Program-made: the position numbers and the translations under genes
The notes under the pieces: generated by a model
Databases searched by the model: none
What the model saw: the letters and a program-made list of their open reading frames with translations, nothing else
What the model was told of the DNA's origin: nothing
Part shown: in pieces, positions 31,444 through 41,185 of the stretch
Layout of the letters: every line of letters starts with the position of its first letter
Position numbering within the stretch: position 1 is the stretch's first letter
DNA from: Spirochaetota bacterium
GTDB lineage: Bacteria > Spirochaetota > UBA4802 > JAFGDQ01
Reading direction: 5' to 3'
NCBI GenBank assembly: GCA_043803405.1
Contig: JAZDKB010000020.1
Span: 32,001-96,000, forward strand
Length of the DNA stretch: 64,000 bases

Positions 31444-32130
31444 ATGCCGGAATTTACTGCTGCGGATTATTCAGCAATTTTGCTTTCAATAAAAGTTGCG
31501 GTAACGTCAACTGTTCTATCTCTTCCATTCGGTTTTATAACTGCCTATATCATGACATATAAACGATTCAGGGGAATGATAGTACTGGATGTAATGGTCA
31601 ATCTTCCGCTTACCCTGCCCCCGGTTGTGATCGGGTATATTTTGCTTTTGCTTCTGGCAAAAGACGGGTTGATCAGCAGGATTCTGCTGCAGCCTCTCGG
31701 CATAAGTCTCATCTTCACCTGGAAAGCAGCGGTCATTGCAACTGCCATTGTGGGCTTCCCGCTAATGGTCAGGTCAATGCGAACAGGCATGGAAATGATC
31801 GACAGGCGGCTTATCCAGGCGTCGCGCACGCTCGGAGCCGGGCACCTGGACTCGATCATAACCGTGATACTGCCTCTTTCAGTGCGCGGGATAATCGCTG
31901 GCTCCATACTGATGTTCGCGCGCGGTCTGGGCGAATTCGGCGCTACTATTATTGTTGCAGGCAACATCCCGGGAGTTACGCAGACCATTCCCCTTGCCAT
32001 ATACGAATATGTCAGTTCTCCAAAGGGAGACGCTATGGCCATTGCATTATGCGCAGTCTCTATAACGATCTCGGTAATTGTCCTTGTGTTTCATGAATGG
32101 CTTGGAAGGCATACGGTGAAGGCCGGGTAA
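31444..32130 (+). CDS. modB: Molybdate ABC permease
   Basis: LPLTLPPVVIGY, FPLMVR, FARGLGEFGATIIVAGNIPG.TQTIPLAIY. Confidence 0.95.
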   Translation: MPEFTAADYSAILLSIKVAVTSTVLSLPFGFITAYIMTYKRFRGMIVLDVMVNLPLTLPPVVIGYILLLLLAKDGLISRILLQPLGISLIFTWKAAVIATAIVGFPLMVRSMRTGMEMIDRRLIQASRTLGAGHLDSIITVILPLSVRGIIAGSILMFARGLGEFGATIIVAGNIPGVTQTIPLAIYEYVSSPKGDAMAIALCAVSITISVIVLVFHEWLGRHTVKAG

Positions 32131-32131
32131 T

Positions 32132-33184
32132 ATGGAATTATCGTTCAATCTTAAAAAGAAATTCGGTGTATTTTCATTAGATATTAATTACTCTGCCCAC
32201 GGCAACAGGACAGGCGTATTCGGCCCGTCAGGCAGCGGGAAATCCACTCTTGTTAATCTCCTGGCAGGGCTGGAGCATCCGGACAGCGGGTTTATAAGTC
32301 TTGACGGCGAAACGCTTTTCAACAGCAGCGAGCACATCAGCATTCCATCCGAGCACAGAAGAATTGGGATCGTCTTTCAGCAGCCGCATCTTTTCCCGCA
32401 TCTCTCGGTTAAGAAAAATCTCCTTTACGGATTCAAACGATGCAAACCGGAATATCGTAAAATATCACTGGAAGACATACTGGACGTGCTCCAGATAGGA
32501 AAGCTGCTGGACAGGAGTATAGCCAATTTGTCGGGCGGTGAAAAACAGCGCGTTGCTATCGGCAGGGCCGTGCTTTCCAATCCCAGGCTTCTTATTATGG
32601 ACGAACCGCTTACCGGGCTTGACGATAAGCTGAAATTCCAGATCATTCCATTCGTTAAAAAAATATGTGAGATATTTAATATCCCGTATATTTTTATATC
32701 CCACTCCATACTTGAAATGATGATAATGACAGACTGCGTCCTACCTGTATCCGAAGGCCGCACTACCGGCAATGTTACCCCTGAAGGGCTTGCCTTAATT
32801 CACATGGAGGATTCTGCCGGTTATATGAATCTACTGAAGCTGAAAAACCCAAGGATGACCGACGGTATGTTTGCATATAAATGGGGCAGCCAGGATGTCC
32901 TGGTTGCAGACGGGAGCGATTCCGGAGAATCGCTCTTTCAGATATTATCTACTGATATTATACTGTTCAAGCGCCACCCTGAAGCCATAAGCGCCCGCAA
33001 TCTTTTTAAATGCATTGTAAAGAATGTATTCCAGTCCGGGCACAGGCTTGGAGTTGAACTCGAATGCGGCGGAGAGAAGCTCATTGCTGAAATAGTGAAA
33101 GAGTCGGCTGATGAACTTGGAATCCGTGAAGGCGCCGAGATTTTTGCAGCCATGAAAGCGGTATCATTCAGGCGGTTGATTTGA
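32132..33184 (+). CDS. modC: Molybdate ABC ATPase with C-terminal TOBE/Mop domain
   Basis: FGPSGSGKST, LFPHLSV, LSGGEKQRVAIGRA, MDEP, ISARN. Confidence 0.92.
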   Translation: MELSFNLKKKFGVFSLDINYSAHGNRTGVFGPSGSGKSTLVNLLAGLEHPDSGFISLDGETLFNSSEHISIPSEHRRIGIVFQQPHLFPHLSVKKNLLYGFKRCKPEYRKISLEDILDVLQIGKLLDRSIANLSGGEKQRVAIGRAVLSNPRLLIMDEPLTGLDDKLKFQIIPFVKKICEIFNIPYIFISHSILEMMIMTDCVLPVSEGRTTGNVTPEGLALIHMEDSAGYMNLLKLKNPRMTDGMFAYKWGSQDVLVADGSDSGESLFQILSTDIILFKRHPEAISARNLFKCIVKNVFQSGHRLGVELECGGEKLIAEIVKESADELGIREGAEIFAAMKAVSFRRLI

Positions 33185-33269
33185 ACATAAAAGAAACTTC
33201 AGAACACTTCAAGCCGTTCCAAAATATATTAAAAGTCATATACCGATTAGCATAAATTCCAGTCTCAAT

Positions 33270-33300
33270 AAAAAAGATGCCCCTTTACACAAGAGGCACC
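33270..33300 (-). terminator. Intrinsic terminator after the porin-like gene
   Basis: On - strand GTGCCTCTT-GTGTA-AAGGGGCAT followed by CTTTTTT. Confidence 0.7.
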
Positions 33301-33338
33301 ACGAAATAATAAAATTTTTTTGCAGCTTACTGAGGTAA

Positions 33339-34556
33339 TTATAATCTGATATCAGTCCTTATTGAAAACATCCTTGTAGGATTTGGATTATTGGCAGCAT
33401 CCTTTGCTTCGCTGTCGTATTGGTCGAACCATGCAGCCACCCTTATGTTCGGGTCCAATTCATAGCCGATCCCTATACCCATATATGTTGTCATTGAATC
33501 GCCTTTATCAAGGTCCTTTCCAAAACCATAACGAGCCATCGCAAGGATCGGGATTTGTATCAGCTTTTTTGGCGTGAATGTGAGCCACGTTTCCATTATA
33601 GAAAGTTTCTTTTTGCCGCCTCCGGCGCTGGAAGTATAGGTAACATCTTCACCGTTTTTCTTTTGAAAAGGCAGAAGGTAATTCGCGCCGAGTTTGAGCA
33701 AGTCATTTTTCCATGAAATGCCTGCTCCGTAATATCCTTTGTGATCATCCGATTCATTTACCGAAGTACCTTCGTACCTGCAAAAACCGGATATATATAA
33801 TGTTTCTATTGGCATAAGTGTCAGTTTTGTGTAATACGCTTTACCCTGTGATGTATTCTTTGAACTATCGTTTTTATCATTATAATAGCTCTCATTTGTT
33901 TTTTTATACCCTTCACCGTTTGTAATCGCGAATGTAAGGTCCGCCTTTTTCATAAAATTTAACCCAATGGATAAACCCATATCCGCGGGATTGTCTATGC
34001 TTGTTGCGATGAGATTTTTTGAATCATCAATAAGATTCTTATGCAAATATCTTTGATCGGAAAGTTCGTTTGTTAAACTGCTTACCGGAGTATCGATCAT
34101 CCCTGCTTTTATAGTTGTGTTGACAAATCCGAACGAGTTTTTGGCCTGCAAATATCCGAATTTTAGGAATACTCTGTATTTTGAAGATTTTGTCGTTGCC
34201 GTTGTTGTCGATGTATCTTCGCTTCCGTCTGAGTTTGTTGTTGATTCAGTCATTAAATCATTTGCGATATCGAGCGTTACTTTTGCGCTGAAATTGTCGT
34301 TAAATTTTTTGTTAAAATTTAAATAAATTCTCTCAAGTTCGAAAGTATTAGTATTGCTGTCTTTTGTTCCGGTTTTATCGCTGTTATCGGTCAAGCCCAC
34401 GTGCCAGTTCATGTATACCTGGCCTGTAACGTCTATCGGCGAAGGTTTCGGAGCTTCTTTTTCCTGTCCAAATAGTATTTGATTACAGGAAAAAATAATA
34501 ACTAATATTGAACCAAGTGCAAACATAATGTTACGAAAATCTTTTTTTAAAACCAT
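33339..34556 (-). CDS. Outer-membrane porin-like protein (anion-porin-like)
   Basis: Signal peptide, alternating beta-strand pattern, FELERIYLNF, VFLKFGYLQ and ITNGEGY. GGAGG RBS before ATG 34556. Confidence 0.65.
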   Translation of the reverse strand: MVLKKDFRNIMFALGSILVIIFSCNQILFGQEKEAPKPSPIDVTGQVYMNWHVGLTDNSDKTGTKDSNTNTFELERIYLNFNKKFNDNFSAKVTLDIANDLMTESTTNSDGSEDTSTTTATTKSSKYRVFLKFGYLQAKNSFGFVNTTIKAGMIDTPVSSLTNELSDQRYLHKNLIDDSKNLIATSIDNPADMGLSIGLNFMKKADLTFAITNGEGYKKTNESYYNDKNDSSKNTSQGKAYYTKLTLMPIETLYISGFCRYEGTSVNESDDHKGYYGAGISWKNDLLKLGANYLLPFQKKNGEDVTYTSSAGGGKKKLSIMETWLTFTPKKLIQIPILAMARYGFGKDLDKGDSMTTYMGIGIGYELDPNIRVAAWFDQYDSEAKDAANNPNPTRMFSIRTDIRL

Positions 34557-34653
34557 TACACTAACCTCCAAGTTTTTAATATTTTTATAATAACCTTTGC
34601 GTTATCATTCTGATTCCGCGAAGATAAAAAAATTCCTGCAATATTTTTCTTCG

Positions 34654-34677
34654 CGATATATCAAAAAAAACATAACG
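34654..34677 (-). promoter_or_regulatory. ModE-type box 3 (upstream of porin-like gene)
   Basis: CGATATAT-N8-ACATAACG, with AGTCAA (TTGACT on -) 8 bp away. Confidence 0.8.
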
Positions 34678-34757
34678 GATATATTAGTCAAGATTTATTT
34701 AATTATTTATTTAACTGAAGAATTATTATTGGATAAAAACCGGTTATGCATTTGGGA

Positions 34758-34802
34758 GAAGAAAGAGGAGACAGCGAGACAGGGTGCTGCCTCCTCTTTC
34801 TT
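34758..34802. terminator. Strong hairpin, probable terminator
   Basis: AAGAAAGAGGAG-ACAGC ... GCTGC-CTCCTCTTTCTT inverted repeat. Confidence 0.6.
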
Positions 34803-34935
34803 TAGTAAAATGAGATATAGATCAGATTTCCGTACCGTCTTAAAAAAAATTGCCCGCCCGGGCACGGATTAAACGGATCGGCTGGGTTATCATGTAAATA
34901 TGTCTAAACATAATCTATATGCTGCATATATTCAT

Positions 34936-34959
34936 CGATATGTTTATATCGACATATCG
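34936..34959 (-). promoter_or_regulatory. ModE-type box 4 (orphan, inside a 19-bp-arm palindrome)
   Basis: CGATATGT-N8-ACATATCG. Arms extend to 34925-34943/34952-34970. TGTCAA at 34969-34974. Confidence 0.8.
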
Positions 34960-35092
34960 ATGAATATATGTCAAGATTTTTTTATTCACCCTCGCCGATT
35001 TTCCCAAAATTTTTATTGTTATTATTATTGTAATTATAAATTATTTACTATATTTCAGATAAAAGAGTTAGCCAAAGTGATTGAAATAATAA

Positions 35093-37498
35093 TTAAAAAT
35101 TTGCCTTGAAACCACCATACCACATTCTGCCTGGCCCAGGATTAAATGGATCAGCTAAATAATCATCAAGAATATTCCTGCACATTACGTAAACTTCGTA
35201 ATCGTAATAAATCTTCTGCGACAGCTTAACATCGATCATTACAGGATTATGGATTTTTTGCGCATAGTAATATTTTGTTGAAAAATCTGCGCCTGCATTT
35301 GGACGGGATGCCATTGTGTATAGGATCTGGTTATATTCAAGATAGCCGAATATAATTAAGCTTGTGTCTGTTTTAAAACGTGTTCTAAAGTCAAAGGTAA
35401 ATTTATGTTCAGGGAGTTTTTCTGGTTTGTCACCTTTATTTACAAAGGAATTCTCAACATCCGATTGCTTTCTGGCAAAGATATAAGTATATGTCAGCGA
35501 AATATCTACATCCGCAATATCCAGAACATTCTTTGATTTTGATGTCAATACTGACTCTGCACCGTGTATAACTACTGTACCTGCATTTCTGTAAATATTA
35601 TCGCCTTCCCTCATAATAAAAATTCTTTCTATTTTATCTTCAAACTTGCTGTAAAAATAGTCCGTACCCCAACTTAGTTGCTTATCAAAGAATGAGAACT
35701 CAAAGCCTGTGTTCTCATTGAATGATTTTTCCGGTTTAATTCTTATATCCTTGCCTTCACCTTCAGTTGATTCCTTATAGTAATTTTTTGTTTTAGTATA
35801 AGCATTAAGACCAGGAAAAGAGGTTTTATGGGATGCTGCAGCTCTTAGTTTTAGGAAATCTTTTACAGGTTCATATACAATGCCTGCAACAGGATTAAAA
35901 GAATCGTTCGTACCCCATATCATGGAATTATCTTCAGCCTGGCGCTTATCATCCATTTCTGTACTTCCATCAGTACCATGTTTTTTCCGGAATTTAGTAA
36001 TATCTTGCGCATCATAAGATACACCGAGTGTCAATTCTATATCTCTAATTATTCGCATTTCGTCTTCTACGGCAAGAGTAAGATAGTCTGCTTCGATATA
36101 CAGTGTTTTGTATTTGCCCCTGCCGTAATTTTTAATTGTTTCAGTTGATGCATCGTTATATGCTTTTTCCTCTTCTTTATGATTAGCTGTATAATATGAT
36201 AAAGCAAAATTCAACCTGTTCCATGGGAAGAGTAAATATGAAGGATACATATTGAAGCCGTAAGTCTGGCTTGTCCATATTGACCATACCATTGTTGTCG
36301 TATCATGCTGATGCGCATAACTGGTTTCCTTTGGATCGGAATAAGCCGCATACGTGCTGGATTGCTCATAGAAATATAAATTGCCCTTAAATTTAAATTT
36401 CCCATGTTCGTAATTTACATACGGGGCTATTGCGTAATCATAATATTCCGGCCACCTGTTTGACATATTACCCAGAACCTTATCATTGTCCTGTGCCTGC
36501 CAGTAAGGATTATTATTGACATCATAAGTATACATGTCTTTTAGATCTGAAGTATAGACACTGTTTTCCATTTTAGTATGATTATAAAATGACGATACTC
36601 CTGCTTCTAAATTAGGGGTGATATGGTATCCGGCTTTTCCGCTAACTTTATATTTTTCATGTTCTGTATGGTCCCATAACCCTTTATCATTAAGATAGTC
36701 ATCGGCTGCAGAACTCAATGGATTATCGTAAATATTATTAAGAGTACGTCCATAAAGATCATAACGTGAAATCTTTAACAGCCATTCCTCGCGTTTTTTC
36801 CGGTCAAGCTTACCAGATATTGTATATCCCCTTAATTTGTCATACGATCCGGATATATAATAAAAAAAGTTGCCTATGGGCGCGCCCTGTGAAACGCTAG
36901 CTATATAATTTCCATGTTCGCCGTATTCGGCAGAAATATTGGCATACAATTCGATAGGTTCTTTCTTAATAAGGTTGATTGAACCGACAGTGCCCCTTGC
37001 ACCATATAAAGCTGAGCATGTGCCGCGGCTTACAACTATCTCCGATATATCCAGCAGTCCTATGTTATCAATGTCCATACTGTCGCTGTATGCATCTATT
37101 ACAGGGATGCCGTCTATAAGTATGGCTATTTTTGACATATCATATCCACGCATTTTAAACTTTGTAGTACCCTTTCTTTCAGTTGCTATCTGTATGCTGG
37201 GTACCTGGTGCAAAACATCTTTCAACAGTTTATCGCTTCTTGCTTCTATATCTTCTGCCGTAACCTCAGTTGTTGTGCTAGCCTTATCTATTCTTTTACC
37301 CCGGCGTCCCTTAACAATTATAGGTTTTGTTTTGTTTCCATCTTTATTTTCAGTTATTTCAACCGGCTTGTTCTGATCTTCCAATGGCTCCTGCGATTGT
37401 ACATCAGCTGCAGATTTTTCCGCTTCTTTTACTTCCTGCGCTTTTAGTGAAATAACAAATACAAGCAGAAATAACATCATCAGTCTCAGTAATCTCAT
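35093..37498 (-). CDS. TonB-dependent receptor 1
   Basis: Signal peptide, plug motifs (MRG, ILIDGIPV, SRGTCSALYG, GSINLI), C-terminal PGRMWYGGFKANF. Confidence 0.9.
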   Translation of the reverse strand: MRLLRLMMLFLLVFVISLKAQEVKEAEKSAADVQSQEPLEDQNKPVEITENKDGNKTKPIIVKGRRGKRIDKASTTTEVTAEDIEARSDKLLKDVLHQVPSIQIATERKGTTKFKMRGYDMSKIAILIDGIPVIDAYSDSMDIDNIGLLDISEIVVSRGTCSALYGARGTVGSINLIKKEPIELYANISAEYGEHGNYIASVSQGAPIGNFFYYISGSYDKLRGYTISGKLDRKKREEWLLKISRYDLYGRTLNNIYDNPLSSAADDYLNDKGLWDHTEHEKYKVSGKAGYHITPNLEAGVSSFYNHTKMENSVYTSDLKDMYTYDVNNNPYWQAQDNDKVLGNMSNRWPEYYDYAIAPYVNYEHGKFKFKGNLYFYEQSSTYAAYSDPKETSYAHQHDTTTMVWSIWTSQTYGFNMYPSYLLFPWNRLNFALSYYTANHKEEEKAYNDASTETIKNYGRGKYKTLYIEADYLTLAVEDEMRIIRDIELTLGVSYDAQDITKFRKKHGTDGSTEMDDKRQAEDNSMIWGTNDSFNPVAGIVYEPVKDFLKLRAAASHKTSFPGLNAYTKTKNYYKESTEGEGKDIRIKPEKSFNENTGFEFSFFDKQLSWGTDYFYSKFEDKIERIFIMREGDNIYRNAGTVVIHGAESVLTSKSKNVLDIADVDISLTYTYIFARKQSDVENSFVNKGDKPEKLPEHKFTFDFRTRFKTDTSLIIFGYLEYNQILYTMASRPNAGADFSTKYYYAQKIHNPVMIDVKLSQKIYYDYEVYVMCRNILDDYLADPFNPGPGRMWYGGFKANF

Positions 37499-37534
37499 TG
37501 CTATACTTCTATTTGTAAAATTAATGTTTGCATA

Positions 37535-37572
37535 AGCAAAGAATGCCGGTTACTATTCCGGCATTCTTTGCT
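37535..37572. terminator. Intercistronic hairpin (terminator or mRNA stabiliser)
   Basis: Perfect 15-bp stem AGCAAAGAATGCCGG/CCGGCATTCTTTGCT with an 8-nt loop. Confidence 0.7.
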
Positions 37573-37606
37573 GTTTATCTGGTATTATATTGATTGAATA
37601 AAATAA

Positions 37607-38932
37607 TTATTCATAAACTGCAAAAGCTGGTGGATTTTTCCCCGAATAACTATATTCATAAGCAGTACCGATGAGCTCAATTCTGGCAGGGAAATTTATT
37701 TTTGTTCCGCTAACCATAGTGTCCGGATCTGGGGTGGAATCAATCTGGCAAACAAAATCATAATCCGGTAAATAATAAGCATTCGGCATATCAGTCCATG
37801 CCCAGTTTGTTGCTGTAAAAGTATCATCAACAGCAACAATCTTATATTCATAAGAACCAGGAACGTCCGTTACATAATCAGTAATAAACTGATCCAGTGA
37901 AATTGCCTTAACACTAGTGTAAGTTGTTGCACCGTCTGTAAAGCTTATTGTCGATACAGTGAATTTGGTACTTGTTAAACCAGTATATGCGTTATACTCT
38001 GCATCATTAACATAGCTCGTTGTAGTTGCCCCGACTTCAAACGTAGCGATTGTACCGGATGCATCTGGTCTTTTTACATCAATCTTACGGAACATAATTA
38101 TATCATAAGCATATTTATTATTATACAGGTTTTTAAGAGAACCTCCGGCAGACTGTGTTAGAGGGGAATGTATTTTTCCGGAATAATTTAAATCAAGCAA
38201 ATAAAACTGGTTAAACTGATCCCATCTTAAATCACCTGCGTAAAATGGTGCACTGCCTTTGAACTTTGAACGGTTATCAAATTGATCATTATTGGAAACA
38301 ACCACATATGAATACAATTTTCTGGCGTCATTAGTTAACAAAACAGCGTCAGGATCCGGTGTTACTGAATTTACAGTATTCTGGTCTACAAACTGATCAA
38401 CTTTATATCCTGAAACGGTGCCACCAGAGGTGTTATAAGTAATCCCGGTTGTTAAAGTATAACCGGAAAACAAAATTGCCGCTTCATCATCAACCATTTT
38501 CCCCGGATAATTCGTTAAAAAATCCGTTTGATCCGGGAATGTATAGTGTAAATATGCGGATGCGCTGGTTTTTTTAGTAGCAATAAAATCTTGTCCGGTT
38601 ACATTAACACTACTTACCGTAACGGAGATACTATTCTTATCAAATGAATATCCTGATGGTAAAGGCGTGATTATGTAATAGCCGTTTATACAATTTAAAA
38701 ATGTATATTTTCCATCGGCATCAGTAATTGCTGAATTTCTTGCCAATGTGCCGCTTGTACCGCTTAATTCAACGCTAACATGCGCAAGCCCTGTACCGCC
38801 AACAGTTATAGTACCCTGAATAGAATATCTGGGTTCATCGACAGTGGTAGTGTTTGAAGTTGAATCGCTGCCGCACGCGCTAAAACCGAGCGCAAGTCCT
38901 AAAACAAATAATAAGCTAAATAGCTTTTTCAT
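37607..38932 (-). CDS. Lipoprotein with N-terminal carboxypeptidase-regulatory-like domain, TBDR-associated
   Basis: Lipobox-like GFSAC, YSIQGTI..TDADGKYTF..GYYIITP. Directly upstream of receptor 1. Confidence 0.7.
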   Translation of the reverse strand: MKKLFSLLFVLGLALGFSACGSDSTSNTTTVDEPRYSIQGTITVGGTGLAHVSVELSGTSGTLARNSAITDADGKYTFLNCINGYYIITPLPSGYSFDKNSISVTVSSVNVTGQDFIATKKTSASAYLHYTFPDQTDFLTNYPGKMVDDEAAILFSGYTLTTGITYNTSGGTVSGYKVDQFVDQNTVNSVTPDPDAVLLTNDARKLYSYVVVSNNDQFDNRSKFKGSAPFYAGDLRWDQFNQFYLLDLNYSGKIHSPLTQSAGGSLKNLYNNKYAYDIIMFRKIDVKRPDASGTIATFEVGATTTSYVNDAEYNAYTGLTSTKFTVSTISFTDGATTYTSVKAISLDQFITDYVTDVPGSYEYKIVAVDDTFTATNWAWTDMPNAYYLPDYDFVCQIDSTPDPDTMVSGTKINFPARIELIGTAYEYSYSGKNPPAFAVYE

Positions 38933-38964
38933 AAAAAATCCTCCATGTAAAATAAGTTTTTTAT

Positions 38965-38988
38965 CGATATGTCTAAACGGACATATCG
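38965..38988 (-). promoter_or_regulatory. ModE-type box 5 (upstream of lipoprotein-TBDR1)
   Basis: CGATATGT-N8-ACATATCG with perfect arms. TGTCAA 8 bp away at 38997-39002. Confidence 0.85.
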
Positions 38989-39081
38989 TATATTTTTGTC
39001 AAGACATTTTCTGACCGGGAAGTCATTAAAGGCCTGATAAATTCCGAAGATAGATTTACTATAGCATTTTACGATTGAATT

Positions 39082-39178
39082 GGTACTTCCTGCCGGTTTC
39101 GATGCTTCGGCTTTGCTCAGTGCACTGTTCTGCTCAACCGGCAGGAATTACCGCGCCTTGAGCGGAGTCGAAAGGCGC
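39082..39178. repeat. REP-like palindromic element (TGAGCGGAGTCGAA type)
   Basis: TTCCTGCCGGTT/AACCGGCAGGAA stem, internal CTTCGGCTTTGCTCAG, and a GCGCCTT-GAGCGGAGTCGA-AAGGCGC hairpin. Confidence 0.65.
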
Positions 39179-39214
39179 CTGTATGGCACTAATCGTTACG
39201 CAAAATGCGTAAAC

Positions 39215-39874
39215 CTAGTCCTGCAGCGTAAACACTATCGGCAGCCGCGCCAGCATTTTTACAGGCCGGCCATTTATTTTGCCCGGCCTGAATCGCATCT
39301 TTGCAAGCACTTTCATGGCAGCATCGTCAAATCCGTATCCGGCATTTGCCGATAACACTTTTGACTTGTTTATCGATCCGTTATCATTAACCTGAACTTC
39401 CACAATTACCGTGCTTCGGGTTATATTTGCCGACCTGGCTGCTTTTGGGAAAAACTCATCAGGATTAAAATCTATTATGGGTATTGGAGGCCGGTCAGCG
39501 AGATCCGCGAACATATATCCGTCAGGGTCAGTGCCTGTCCCGGACAGCTTATTAATATTCACATCCGTATTTTCAGAATCCTGTTTATCCATGCCTGTGC
39601 CTTCTATCCATTCTTCTTTCTGCACAGCCGCCGGATTCGTTTCTCCCCCCATAACTACGGAAGCAGGGAGATCGATAAAATCGACCTCCGCATTTTCAAA
39701 AGTTATATTTTTTGAATCAATCGTATTGCCATCCTCGGAGCTGAAGAGCGGCATTGTGGAAATAAAATATGTCCCAAAAATGATAATGTGAAGACAAAAC
39801 GAAATACTTACGCAGCGCTTAAACAAATCAGTACTGTAAAATTTTTTAATAATAATATTTAATTTTGATTTCAT
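39215..39874 (-). CDS. tonB: TonB energy transducer
   Basis: TM segment S..LH, FPKAAR, V...GSI, GYGFDDAA, RFRPG..NGRPV. Confidence 0.88.
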   Translation of the reverse strand: MKSKLNIIIKKFYSTDLFKRCVSISFCLHIIIFGTYFISTMPLFSSEDGNTIDSKNITFENAEVDFIDLPASVVMGGETNPAAVQKEEWIEGTGMDKQDSENTDVNINKLSGTGTDPDGYMFADLADRPPIPIIDFNPDEFFPKAARSANITRSTVIVEVQVNDNGSINKSKVLSANAGYGFDDAAMKVLAKMRFRPGKINGRPVKMLARLPIVFTLQD

Positions 39875-39889
39875 AAACCGGCCTCCTGC

Positions 39890-40291
39890 CTATCGTTTTA
39901 CGGATAACGCAATGCGCGTTACCCCTGCCTGGCGGATCAAACCCATCGCGCGCGCAATTTTCCCGTACGAAAGCCTTTCGTCTGCAGATAATGTTACTCT
40001 CATGTTAGGCCTGTATTTTGCTTCCTGAGATAGCTTTAAAACCATTTTTTCTTCTGTGGTCGGAGTGGTTTCCATCATGAGTTTACCGTCAGCAGTAAGG
40101 GCAATCTGCACCGACTGCTGAACATTCGGATCAGCGGCATTTACCTTTGGAAGATTGATGTTCACTGATTCCATTTTTAAAAAGTTGGCTGTTACCATGA
40201 ATATAACAAGAAGCACAAGCAACACATCCACCATTGGCGTAATATTAATGTACCCGATTTCGTCGCTTTCCGCGTTTGGAGAAAATGCCAT
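39890..40291 (-). CDS. exbD: ExbD/TolR
   Basis: INITPMVDVLLVLLVIFMV, LSAD..L.YG, AGV.RIAL. Confidence 0.92.
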   Translation of the reverse strand: MAFSPNAESDEIGYINITPMVDVLLVLLVIFMVTANFLKMESVNINLPKVNAADPNVQQSVQIALTADGKLMMETTPTTEEKMVLKLSQEAKYRPNMRVTLSADERLSYGKIARAMGLIRQAGVTRIALSVKR

Positions 40292-40357
40292 AATTTTTTG
40301 CCCCCTTTTATTTAACTTTCATGTTATGCCTGTTTTTAAAAAACCGGCCTTATGATA

Positions 40358-40999
40358 TTACTCATTTGATTTCTTTCTTTTCGCGTTAAGGCTCGCGTTA
40401 ATCTCTTTGGAAAAAATTTCAAGATGCTGTATGATAATTTTCACTTTTTTGGAAAAGTAATTGTTCGCCATTACAACCGGTATCGCGATAAAAAGCCCGA
40501 ACGCGGTTGCGTAAAGCGCCTTGGATATGCTGCGCATTACTACTTCCGCGCCTGTGCTCCCAAGCGTGCCCAGTCCGTAAAACGCTTTAATTACACCCAG
40601 CACAGTGCCAAGAAGCCCAATGAAGGGCGCGTTGTTGCCAAGCGTGTTCAGAATCGTCAGCCGCTTTTCCATAAATATTTTTTCTTCAATGATTTTGCCA
40701 GCCATTAAGTCCGGAAGCCCGTGCTCATAATCTTTGTCAATCGCATGTTCTATTGTAAAACGAGCGAACCTGGAATATACGTTCTCGCCGGACTCTTTAA
40801 CGAAGTTTGCCGCAGCTTTAAGATCGCGCTTTCTCAGAAGCACTATCAGCTCTTCCGCAAATGCCGTAATTTTCTTATTTGAATTCTTTCTAAAAATAAT
40901 CGCTCTTTCAATGCCCACTGCCAGAGCCAGAATGCTCGCCGCAAAAAGCATTAAAAATACGAATGTTTCACCGTAATCCACAAAAACCAATTCGGACAT
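40358..40999 (-). CDS. exbB: ExbB/TolQ
   Basis: APFIGLLGTVLG, ISKALYATAFGLFIAIP. Start moved to ATG 40999 because 41044 lies inside the repeat. Confidence 0.92.
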   Translation of the reverse strand: MSELVFVDYGETFVFLMLFAASILALAVGIERAIIFRKNSNKKITAFAEELIVLLRKRDLKAAANFVKESGENVYSRFARFTIEHAIDKDYEHGLPDLMAGKIIEEKIFMEKRLTILNTLGNNAPFIGLLGTVLGVIKAFYGLGTLGSTGAEVVMRSISKALYATAFGLFIAIPVVMANNYFSKKVKIIIQHLEIFSKEINASLNAKRKKSNE

Positions 41000-41018
41000 T
41001 TTATTCTTCCTTGTGTTG

Positions 41019-41113
41019 TTATTTATTTCAACGCCTTGAAACATAATACCCCGCTGACGCCGAAGGCGGAAGCCGGTGCGAAAGCACCGGGGGCTTGCCC
41101 AGGGGAATTTTAT
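41019..41113 (-). repeat. Palindromic repeat element, copy 2
   Basis: Reverse complement matches 6161-6268 at both ends. Internal hairpins CCGGTGC-TTTC-GCACCGG and CGCC-TTC-GGCG. Confidence 0.75.
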
Positions 41114-41185
41114 TAAATAATATAAAATTTATACTTTTAAAACTAAATTTATTTCTGAACGTGATTTCTGAAAGTCCGTATTGAA

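Noticed and set aside
34597..35109. ORFs 34597-34872 and 34900-35109 (+)
   Set aside because: They overlap operator boxes and a terminator and show no protein motifs.
41000..41044. ORF-track start of exbB at 41044
   Set aside because: It lies within the repeat element. ATG 40999 is preferred.
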